This document shows positions 52,166 to 61,289 of a stretch of 64,000 nt of DNA, piece by piece. This DNA comes from an uncultured Acidobacteriota bacterium (lineage in GTDB: Bacteria > Acidobacteriota > UBA6911): the NCBI GenBank assembly GCA_963827655.1, contig CAWHCF010000041.1:167918-231917 (forward strand), in the 5' to 3' direction. Positions within the stretch are counted from its first letter, which is position 1. The number at the start of each line of letters is the position of its first letter. The notes under the pieces were generated by a model. The model was not told the origin of the DNA. It did no database searches and was given only the letters and a program-made list of their open reading frames with translations. A program made the position numbers and the translations under genes.

Positions 52166-53743
52166 TCAGCGCACCGAACCGGGCCTGAATCGCAGAAAGA
52201 CCTGAAACGAGGGACGGCGGCCATAGATAGGGTCCAGATCAGCCGGCTGATGCCGGAACGTAACGTCACCGCCGATTCCGATCCGAAGCGCATTGACCAC
52301 TACCAGATCGCGAACTCCGCCGAAAGTAAAGGCGCCGACCCGCAGCCACCGGTTGAACATCTCAGCCGGGTAGACACGACCCGGCGTGGGAACATTCCCT
52401 CCGTGAAACACGATCCCGTCCGGGAGGGGGGCGGGAAGCGGCCCGCCGGGTTGGCAGACAAGCGTACCGGGGTTTGCCGAGGCGGCGATTCTGGGAAGGC
52501 CTTTCCCCGATTGTTGGATTCGTGCGCAAACGAGTCCGAGACGATCGAAGATGTTATCCTCGAACAGCCCCTGTTTATCCACGAGCTCCATCCGTGTGTA
52601 CAGATGGTTCCTGCGGTTGAAGCTCAAGGTTGACTCGACGAGGTAGGCATTCGAGATGCCGTGGAGCTCGGAATTCCGACCCCAAACCAGCGAGCTCGAC
52701 CAGTTACCCAGGGCCAGCGGTCGGTTGTACGTGACCGAGGAGGTAATGCGGTCCACATCGCCGGCATGAAACACATCAGGACGGGCAAGGTGGCCATAGG
52801 AAAACTGGGCGGCCCAGTTGCGCCCCGGAGTAAACCACACCCGAAAACTCGATGAATCGAGCGCTCCGAGATCGATGCGCAGACGATCTTCGTCGGGCTC
52901 CGCTCCTCGAAAGCGCGAGAACTCGAACTTGAACCGCCAGGCCGTCACTCCGCCGGTGATCACCCCGTGGGCTATGTGAGTCGAATCCTGCCAGTGGTGC
53001 CCAAGGGGGGAGGACGGGTTTTCGATTGCAGAGGACCGGTGCATGAACGCCACTGGTCCAAGGGCCGGCTCTCCGACCGGACCACCGTAGACCTGCACTG
53101 CCACGTTTTCCGTGATCGGAATTGTATAGCTTGCCGCCAGCTCCATTACGACGTCGTGCGGGTGCTGGGCATCGATGATGGGCCGACCACGGTAGCTCTC
53201 GCCGCTCTGGAAGAGTTGAGGGAAACCACCATGGGGAGCGGTCAGCGGCTCGGCAGAAAACATGCCTCGAAGCAGCAGCCGGCCCGGTCCCAGGCCGCGT
53301 TCGCCCATCGCCATCGCCCAGTTCTGAGACTGGACTTTTCCCACGCCCCGCTGCCCGCCCTGGTAGTTAAACCCCGCCTTAAGCTCGCCATGCAGCATCA
53401 TCATCCAGTTGCCCGGGGTGAAGTGCCAGGCAGCCATCGGAGTCGTAGCGGGTTGCAGCGCCGTGCCCGAGCCGACAGCATTCATGGAGCGAAAGGGCCC
53501 TCCGGCAGCCGTGGCCATGTTGTGCGCCGCGTGGTCGTGGACCGCGGTTGAAGGAGCGCCGTTTTGTGCGTCGGCATGGTGCCCGGCGTGCGAATCACTG
53601 GGTGGTCGCGGCTCAGCAGGAGATGCCGGCTTTTCCTGGGGAGCGGGAGGCGGCGGCGGTTCCTGATCATCGAAGCCGAGCCCGCAGCCAATCCCGAGCT
53701 GGAGCGCCAGGCAAATCGCGAAGGAGAGGGGGTGAAGCCGCAT
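52166..53743 (-). CDS. Hypothetical outer-membrane protein with His/Met-rich N-terminus
   Basis: Signal peptide, HAGHH/HDHAAH segments, GSGTALQP, QHPHD, GEPALGPVAFMHR-S, HHWQDSTHI; beta-rich C-terminus. Confidence 0.7.
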   Translation of the reverse strand: MRLHPLSFAICLALQLGIGCGLGFDDQEPPPPPAPQEKPASPAEPRPPSDSHAGHHADAQNGAPSTAVHDHAAHNMATAAGGPFRSMNAVGSGTALQPATTPMAAWHFTPGNWMMMLHGELKAGFNYQGGQRGVGKVQSQNWAMAMGERGLGPGRLLLRGMFSAEPLTAPHGGFPQLFQSGESYRGRPIIDAQHPHDVVMELAASYTIPITENVAVQVYGGPVGEPALGPVAFMHRSSAIENPSSPLGHHWQDSTHIAHGVITGGVTAWRFKFEFSRFRGAEPDEDRLRIDLGALDSSSFRVWFTPGRNWAAQFSYGHLARPDVFHAGDVDRITSSVTYNRPLALGNWSSSLVWGRNSELHGISNAYLVESTLSFNRRNHLYTRMELVDKQGLFEDNIFDRLGLVCARIQQSGKGLPRIAASANPGTLVCQPGGPLPAPLPDGIVFHGGNVPTPGRVYPAEMFNRWLRVGAFTFGGVRDLVVVNALRIGIGGDVTFRHQPADLDPIYGRRPSFQVFLRFRPGSVR

Positions 53744-53910
53744 TGGATTATTTAATCATCTCGATAGCGCCGCAGCAAGATCTCGAGCGGGTCGCATCCG
53801 ATCGAAGGTTGCGGTAAGTTGCGAACCAAGTGCGCGAGGATGACTCCGATGAGGGTTCAGACATAGGACAGGTCTCTGGTCGCGTATTGCAGTTGGTGAT
53901 TCCTGACAGA

Positions 53911-55318
53911 TTATTCGCCGAAGTACTGACCGTGAAAGCCGAAAGGAATGTGGTGCGGAACTTCCGCTCTGGCCCGCCCTTCGAAAGACCTGGCATCGAG
54001 AACCAGCAAAAAAGATGTGCCTCTCTTCGCGTCCAACACAACCGAAAGGATCACGCCCTCATCTTCTGCGGCACCGTTTGGCGATCCCACAAAGACCGGC
54101 TCTCCGGGGTAACATCCTTCCTCGTTCCATGTCAGAACGGCCCCATCCCGGACATCAATCTTCACGAGTTGATCCAAAAAATTACCCTTCAGCCGGTTGC
54201 CGGTTCCGAAAACATAGCGGTGGAGTTTTGTACTCTTCCCGCGATAGTTAATCCGGGGAAGCTCTATCTTCTCCTCCGCCAGCGCTTCGGAGGCAACGTG
54301 ATTCCCGCCAATCCTGACGCGATAACGCCGCAGTTGGCCGGCCGACAGATCCGACCGGCTCCTGAGTCTGTCAAGGTACAACGCGGCAATGATCGAGGGA
54401 TCGGCGTAGGTCACCAGATCGAGGACGATCTCGTCTCCTTGCTCGAAGGCGTTGACGTGATGGAAGGCAAAGAATGCTTCGCCTTCAGAGCTCGCAACTA
54501 TCTCTCCGCCATCCTTATTGATGACCCAGAATCGTGTCCCGCGTTCCGGGCTCCACCGGTAGTTCTCGATGAACGGCTTTCCGCTCAGCAGCAGTTCGAC
54601 CGGGCTGACCACGAGTGGAAACTCGACGAGGACGATGTACCGCTCAGACATGCCGAACGAATGCATATAGGCTGGTTTGTCAATGGGAACTGTACCGACA
54701 AGCCGCGCACGCTCCTCTTCTCGACCTGCCGAGAAGACCTGATATGCGCTCTTGCGCGAAAGTCTGGTGCAGTAGTTGAAAGCCTGTTTTCGGATGAAGT
54801 CGAAGTGAGGGTGGGCGGTGGAGATCTGTCCTTTAAGCTCGTTGCCGTAATCGATGACGCCGACGGTGCGGAGGGTCTCCGGGTCGAAGACGATCGGCAT
54901 GCGTGTCTCGGTCATAGCGATAAATTTACCAGCCAGCATGCTGACATTGACGTTGGCATTGTCTGTCACTCGGGGAAAGAAGAGCGACGCGACCCGGCCG
55001 AAGATTGAGCGGCAAGGATCGGTACCGAATTCACCCCTGCTGATCTTTCCCTCTTTTCTGGCTTCGGTGTAGGACTTGCTCTCAATGAACCGGTTGGCAT
55101 AGGAGACGCGGCTTCCCCTGAAAGAGAACTTGTGAAGCATGGCCAGACCGTCAAACCAATGCTTATATCGCTGCTCACCGACCTCGAACTGGGCTGGACC
55201 GGTGCGAACGAGCGTGCCGTTTAACCAGTCTTGGGAAATTTCCCCGAAGCGGTAGATCATCGAGTTGAATCTCCTTGCCGAGGGTCGAGAAGCCGATTGC
55301 ATACGGAGGCGAATTCAT
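53911..55318 (-). CDS. Carotenoid oxygenase (RPE65 family), frameshift near 55248
   Basis: HWFDG--M, DNANVN, TAHPH, YMHSFG, FHHVNAFE, ELPRIN, GEPVFV, PFGFHG (four Fe-binding His). Confidence 0.92.
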
Positions 55319-55727
55319 TCGGTTTCTCCTTTCTCGTACTGCACGCGTCCTGACATATCGAGACAAATTTAATCAGACTATAGGCGAAACAAGAAGCTTC
55401 TTTAGGCGGGAGGCCCCGTTGAGCTGAACTCTGATTTGGGGGATCGACGAAACAGCTTCTCGATAGCTGTAGGATTCTAAATCCTTCGGCGTTCCAGGCG
55501 AGTGATAGCCTCTAAGAGGAAAAACCCAATGAAATTCCACCCTAGACCGACCTATACATCAACAGCTCCTCAGCGCGAGTTCCTATTCGTGCCGCACGTC
55601 GGCCTTCTGGTCCGCGCGGTTCCCTTGCTGACCTAGGTATCCATAAATCTGTCGTACATTTTTAACCAATTGGCTCTGGCCTCTGTGCGCGGCGCTGCAT
55701 TAGAATCGTCTCCACAGAGCGCAAACC

Positions 55728-55808
55728 GTGAGCGACATCTTTATCAGCTACGCCAGGTCGGATCGTGGTCACGTCAGGGATCTTCATCAGCTACCGGCGC
55801 CAGGATAG
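55728..55808 (+). pseudogene. Remnant 5' end of a second TIR-domain gene
   Basis: GTG-SDIFISYARSDRGHVRDL, a typical TIR_2 start, out of frame with and overlapping the next TIR gene. Confidence 0.55.
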
Positions 55809-56604
55809 TGATGCTTATGCAGGACGGTTGTATGACCGGCTGAGCACTCACTTCGGCAAAGCACGGATATTCATGGATATTGACATGAATCTCGGCATCG
55901 ACTTTGTTGACGAAATTGAAGAAAGAGTGGCCTCTTGCGAGGTTTTGATCGCGGTGATCGGTCGCAACTGGCTGGAAGTCAAAGATGACGGGGGTCGCCG
56001 AAGACTGGATAATCCAAAGGACTGGGTCCGTCTCGAGATCGCGGCTGCCCTCGAACGGAACATTCCAGTCATACCGGCGCTGGTTGGCGATGCCAAAATG
56101 CCCGGCTCTTCAGATTTGCCAAGCGTGCTCTCAAATTTGACGCGGAGACAAGCGATTGAAATCAGTCACAGTCGATTCCATCCCGACGTGGACCGTTTGA
56201 TCCGTGGTCTGGAAAGAATCGTATCCTCCACCGGCACCACAATGGAGGTCCCCGAAGGCGTCTACGTCGACCCTGAAACGAAGTTGATGTGGACCATTGA
56301 GGACAACGGAGAAGACATCGACTGGTTCGAAGCAAACGAATACGCCAAGCAATTGAGGCTGGGTGGGTATTCCGATTGGCGGTTACCGACGATCGAAGAG
56401 CTGGAGCGACTCAATGATCCAAAGAGTGGAAACAGATTTGAGATCAGACAGCCATTCCAGCTAACTTCCGAAAAGATCTGGAGCTCGACGAGAGAACGCT
56501 CGCGGGCCTCTTACTTTATCTTCGGCCCCTACATCCTGGGAGATCCTGTCCCCATGGACCGCGCCGACGCACGTGCCTTGTGTGTGCGTCGTTCCGGAGA
56601 ATGA
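55765..56604 (+). CDS. TIR_2 domain plus Lcl/DUF1566 domain protein
   Basis: IFISYRRQDS--YAGRLYDRL, DWVRLEIAAAL (catalytic Glu); D--TKLMW, LGGYSDWRLPTIEEL, WSST, ALCVR. Confidence 0.85.
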   Translation: MVTSGIFISYRRQDSDAYAGRLYDRLSTHFGKARIFMDIDMNLGIDFVDEIEERVASCEVLIAVIGRNWLEVKDDGGRRRLDNPKDWVRLEIAAALERNIPVIPALVGDAKMPGSSDLPSVLSNLTRRQAIEISHSRFHPDVDRLIRGLERIVSSTGTTMEVPEGVYVDPETKLMWTIEDNGEDIDWFEANEYAKQLRLGGYSDWRLPTIEELERLNDPKSGNRFEIRQPFQLTSEKIWSSTRERSRASYFIFGPYILGDPVPMDRADARALCVRRSGE

Positions 56605-56711
56605 TGTCGACCAATGGGTCATTTGGTTATTGGGTGATTTCGAAAATGTTTTGAAGCAGGTAAAGCTTGCGTGAGCGAGGGATTCCTGGCATCACCGCTG
56701 TTTGAGATTTT

Positions 56712-57083
56712 TTGCACTCCACAATTCCCCTGAATCAGACCGCCATAGACACGCTTCGAGCGATTCCCAGGCGGCTGGACTCCAAGTATCTCTTTGCGGG
56801 AAAGACGCCTGACACGCCTTTCTACGACCTGAAACGGCAATTTGAGAACGCGGTCAAGAAGGCTGGCCTGGAGGGCGTGACCTTCCACGGTTGAGAACTC
56901 ATGCGGATCGCATCTCCCGATGGCGGGCGTGGATCTCAGGACGGTACAGGAGATCCTCCGGCACAAGTCAATCTTGATGACCCAGCGGTATTCCCACCTC
57001 TCGCCGGCTCACAAGAAATCGCTTTAGACGCCCTGGAAAAAGCCCTGTCTGGAGCTGTGGAAAAGTCCGAAAAACACGCCTGA
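56712..57083 (+). pseudogene. Tyrosine integrase C-terminal remnant pointing at the tRNA 3' end
   Basis: IPLN, GVTFH-LR, then in a shifted frame MAGVDLRTVQEILRHKSILMTQRYSHL; 5' part absent. Confidence 0.8.
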
Positions 57084-57173
57084 TTACCTACGCCCTACCC
57101 ACAAAGGCAAAATGCGCTCCACGGGAAGGCAAGAAGCAACCGACCTAAGTAGCTTGGAATCAATGATCTGTGG

Positions 57174-57250
57174 TGGTGCGCCTGGGGTGACTCGAACACC
57201 CGGCCCACGGTTTAGGAAACCGTTGCTCTATCCAACTGAGCTACAGGCGC
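57174..57250 (-). tRNA. tRNA-Arg (anticodon CCT)
   Basis: GCGCCTGTAGCTCAGTTGGATAGAGCAACGGTTTCCTAAACCGTGGGCCGGGTGTTCGAGTCACCCCAGGCGCACCA; cloverleaf with encoded CCA. Confidence 0.97.
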
Positions 57251-57259
57251 ACACTTTAT

Positions 57260-57322
57260 AATCAATCACTTAGAGGAATCGACAATTTGCAGAAATTGCC
57301 GATTGTGCATGAAATTGTGCAT
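57260..57322. promoter_or_regulatory. att-like accessory sites: IHF consensus and tandem arm-type repeats
   Basis: AATCAATCACTTA (57260-57272) fits WATCAANNNNTTR; ATTGTGCAT repeated at 57302-57310 and 57314-57322. Confidence 0.55.
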
Positions 57323-58347
57323 ACGGCATCGAATCCAGCTTCCGGGCAGCATCGAAAAGATCACCCTCGCTGACGATGTTGTACCGCTCAAAAACCGAGC
57401 GCGTTTTGTGACCAGTCATCTTCATCGCGACGGCCTCCGGGATCCCGGCGCGGACCAGATTCCGGACCGCAGTTCGGCGGAAGTCGTGTGGAATTTTCGC
57501 CGGAACACCGGCAGCCACACAGGCGGTCTTCCAGGAGCGGCGGAATTCCTTGATGGGCTTTCCGCGCCGATGAAACACCCAGGGGCAAATGATACCCCGC
57601 TTTCTCAGTAGCTCCAGCTTGATTCGTTGTTCCTCCAGGACTGCGCGCAGCTCCCGGGTAAATGGGAAATACCCTCGCCTCATCATTCTTGGTCGTACCG
57701 GGTTCCAGGCGCACAATCCCAGCAGCAAAATCAACCTGTGACCACTCGAGGAAGCGTACCTCGCTTCGGATCCGCCAGCCCGTGATGTAGGCGAAAGTTA
57801 CCATCGGCTGAACGTCCGGCGAGAGGCGCTTCCGGACTGCCTCGAACTGCTCCAGGTCGAAGAACCCTTTCCTGACGTTATTCTCTTTTAGCATTGGAAC
57901 GTGAGGCTTCGTCATGATCTTGCCGGCCTGGGCCGCCAAAGAGAAGGCCCGCTTGATCGCCGTAAGTTCCCGGTTGATCGTGCCGTTTGCAGCGCCTTCC
58001 TCCTGGCGCCGGACGACATATCTGCGGATATCCGCCGTTGTAATTGCCGAAGCGCGCGCTTCTCCGAAAAACGGCAGGATGTGTTTTTCAAATCTCGTCT
58101 CGACATCCTTGACCGATCGCCGGCCGTTAATCCTGTAGTCATTGATTTCATCCGCGGCCATCTCCGAGAACCTGATCTGGCCCATCCGGGGCGTAACTGG
58201 GATTCCCTTTGCAATGTCAGATTCCTTCAAGCTCAGGAGGCGCTTTGCCTCGGCCTGGCTTACACTGCCGGAGCTTTCCCGCATGTGGATCCCGTCCCGG
58301 TAATACGAAATCCACCAGGTGTTCCCTCTCTTATATGTGCTTCCCAT
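57270..58347 (-). CDS. Tyrosine recombinase/integrase, frameshift near 57665
   Basis: N-terminal arm-binding WWISYY, TINREL, TGWR--SE, TKN, PHDFRRTAVRNL, GHKTRSVFERY. Confidence 0.92.
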
Positions 58348-58414
58348 CCTAGTCGCCTTTTTCTCTCGAGCGCGTGTTGATACCCAGTATCCATTGCTAC
58401 CGAGTATCCGTCCG

Positions 58415-58600
58415 CTAACTCGCTTCCTTTGGGTGCTTGACCTTCGGAAGCACGATCAGCTTCCGCTTTTCGGCTTTCTCTACGTAATCTTCCAGAAGCT
58501 TCTGGGCAATCTGCTTCATCGTCTTGCCTTCCAGAACGCAGACTATCCTCAACCTCTGGTGTAACTCCGCCGGAATGTCCATCACAAATCGCTTTTTCAT
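58415..58600 (-). CDS. Small ribbon-helix-helix (CopG/ParG-like) DNA-binding protein
   Basis: KRFVMDIPAELHQRLRIVCVLEGKTMKQIAQKLLEDYV pattern; directly upstream of the integrase. Confidence 0.65.
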   Translation of the reverse strand: MKKRFVMDIPAELHQRLRIVCVLEGKTMKQIAQKLLEDYVEKAEKRKLIVLPKVKHPKEAS

Positions 58601-59326
58601 GATGTAGTAATGTACATGCGTCCATCGTATTATTCAAGCTCTTTTCTCACGTAATCGCCTTGATTCCTCATCCTGGAAATGGCCGGCGAGACCGATCTTG
58701 CCGCGGTCGCTGCGTGGGAGCCGGCGACAGTCCTCTTCTGCGGGCTGATGACGAAGGACTTCCGTGGTTCGGAGGAGGATAAGAACACCAAGTCCATCAT
58801 GGCCGACCCAGGCAAGTACTTTACGGGTCAGCACCGGCAGCTCACGCGCGAGAAACTCAGCAAGATCCGGTGTCCGGTCATCGTGACCCACGGCGACGTT
58901 TCCGCCCTCAAGAAAATCAACTTCGAGTTCTTCTTCCCTGAGCTCATGAACGCCGGCAAGAAGGTAACGATCAGCATAAGCCGTGGCGTGCGAGATTTCT
59001 ACGAGATTTCGGCAGCATGTCTCCAGTGTGTGGGAAGACCTGGTTCGCCAGAGCATACCGTGTGTGCCGTACTTTGGCAGAGAGTGGAAGGCAGCCACTT
59101 CATGGTGGGGCACTCGATTGGACCGAAGAGCGTTGGAACTAGACTTGGTGGCGGAGAGCACGGATGGAAATCTCTCCTAAGAATGAAGGACATCTTGCTC
59201 GTTGCACGTCCACTTCTGGGCGAAGATCTGGTCGAGGAGATGCGCGGGATGCTTGATTCCTCTTTTATCAAGCTTCTCGGCGGCTAACCTCGATGGCAAG
59301 CGCCAGCTACGCGCGCTGCCTCTACG

Positions 59327-59587
59327 ATGAAGCTGGAAACCATTTCAGCCGCGCTGCAGAAGTTGGCTGTCCCTACCAGAAATTCCGAACGTGCTGTTAT
59401 GATTGACCTTCGCTTATTAATTCGCCAGGGACAGGCCGAATTGTTCAGACACCAGGAAGTAGTGAAACTTATCGGTTTTCGCGATGGAGATGGGGAGATC
59501 GACGACAGCTACATTCAGAAACTCAAGACTCCCTTCGAAAGCAAGGATTTCACACCTTGGAATCATTTAGCAGTAGGCAACGTGTGA
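59327..59587 (+). CDS. Hypothetical protein (possibly a fragment)
   Basis: 86-aa ORF with ATG start in an AT-richer segment; no family recognised. Confidence 0.3.
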   Translation: MKLETISAALQKLAVPTRNSERAVMIDLRLLIRQGQAELFRHQEVVKLIGFRDGDGEIDDSYIQKLKTPFESKDFTPWNHLAVGNV

Positions 59588-60029
59588 TGATCAAGAGGGA
59601 ACCTCTTGCTGGAATGGGAAGGGATCCTAGTCGCTCAGAAGAAAACGTTCAGAGTTGTTCTTTCCATAACACTGCTTACGAGGTCCGTTGCGGTTGAAAT
59701 CGATTTTGATGACTTCATCCTAATCACTTGAAAGTATTTTTCCCTAATTAGCAAAGGCAGTGTCAAAAGGTTCGGCCCGCAAGTGCCTCACCCCGTCTGG
59801 TAATCCTTCCCCTACTCCTGTCCCTGGCGAATTCCGAATTTGCTGTCATTTCCATCCACGCATCCACTACGAATTGTCGCAATCCTACATTTTCCGATTT
59901 TCAAACGCGGCAACCAAGTGAACCCGGGCTATACAAAGGCGAACGTGATAGTCCGACGCTCTGAGCCAGTGCTCAGTCCTATTTACTTGCCTGACGCTCA
60001 CCACAGTAGAGCTTCATGTCGCTATTGGC

Positions 60030-60401
60030 GTTTGATAGAGTCCGCGACACAGTGTGGCGACTTCGTCGAAGGTCGAGCGACGGTGTTGGTCTATGGTAAG
60101 GCGTTCTGGCGTTCGAGCAGAATGTCATCTCACAAATCCGGCACAGAGATCGACGACGTTTCCCGGAGTTGGTCTGGTAGAAGTCATGGAGGATGATACT
60201 TCCGGCATCGGCATCTCTCGACAGAGGGCATTCCCTGTTTGGACAGCTGACACTCTTCATTGTTCCAGGACCTTGTGGATTATGGAACTGATTGCTTGGA
60301 ATTGAGTGCTGCCGGAGGGCAACGATCTCCAGGCCGAGGTTGTAGCGCGAACGGAAGAACGCGCTGAGGCAGGTGACGAAGCTGATAAAAAATGAAATCA
60401 T
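60030..60401 (-). pseudogene. Fused transposase remnants (integrase-core IS N-terminus plus InsA-like zinc ribbon)
   Basis: FFRSRYNLGLEIVALRQ resembles an IS transposase N-terminus; CPNRECP...RRR-LCRICEMTF resembles an IS1 InsA zinc ribbon; degenerate downstream. Confidence 0.55.
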
Positions 60402-60744
60402 GAGTTCAGATTCATAGCATAGGCGTCCGTCCCGACGTCCACGTTAAAGGCTTGAATTTGCCACCTCACGGGGAGTATCGGCGACACACAAGTCGCAGAA
60501 TTGTCAATATCATGGCCAGGAAGTGTCGGGCCCAGAGGCACGGAAAGTCAACCGTTTCAACGCTGTCGCGATTTTGGCGAATGACACTCGGCTAACTCGC
60601 GCCGCCGAGATATTTCGGCAGACCATCTCGCCCAACTTATGCTATTCTCCCACCGGCACCGAAAAGCAATTTCCTATTCTTCACGACAGGCATCGACATG
60701 GCCGCGGTCGGCCCAAGGAAACGGAGTCTGCGCGCTACCGCCTG

Positions 60745-61289
60745 ACGCCCGTCCGTCTGTCGCCGTCGGCCGTTGGCGCACACCACTGGCCTCCGATGGC
60801 GTTCAACCGGCGACCGGTCTGGTCTATTATCCGGGGCAGGCAACGAGCATGGCGTTCTCGATGCAGGAGCAGTACGACTTCAAAGAAGGTCGGTGGCGCA
60901 TCGGCGCACAATTGGACCCGCCGTCACCTCCGGACCCGAAGGCTCCTCCGATGGCGGGATTCTTCGTCGCCTGGGACCCGGTGGGGCGGAGAGGCGCGAT
61001 GGCGCATTCCGTTTCAGCCGAGCGGCGGCGCGCTTTCGACCGCGGGACAGCTGATCGTCGTCGGCAACAGCGCAGGTGCGCTGCTCGCGCTCGGTCCGGC
61101 GACCGCGGGACGCTGTGGCAGCACCAGATGCTGCCTGGCGTCGCCACGCCCATCACCTACAAGTTCGATGGTCGCTAGTACATCGCAGTGATGTCAGGAT
61201 CGAACAACGGTCGTGTGTTTGCGTTCACGCTCGATGCATCAAGGAAACCAGTAACGGCGAAACGATTCTGCAGGTTGCTTCCGCCATGA
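60745..61289 (+). pseudogene. C-terminal fragment of a PQQ-dependent alcohol dehydrogenase
   Basis: PSAVGAHHWPPMAFNPATGLVY, AWDP, GGALSTAG-L, ATPITY--DG; frameshifts plus in-frame TAG at about 61176; 5' part missing. Confidence 0.7.

Noticed and set aside
55320-55727. Second att copy (tRNA-Arg 3' fragment) marking the left end of the island
   Set aside because: No match to the tRNA 3' sequence was found by eye here or elsewhere in the window.
58634-59287. ORFs 58679-59287 (+) and 58634-59161 (-) as real genes
   Set aside because: The first third resembles an alpha/beta-hydrolase fragment (LSKIRCPVIVTHG) but the rest looks like joined debris; not supportable as an intact CDS.
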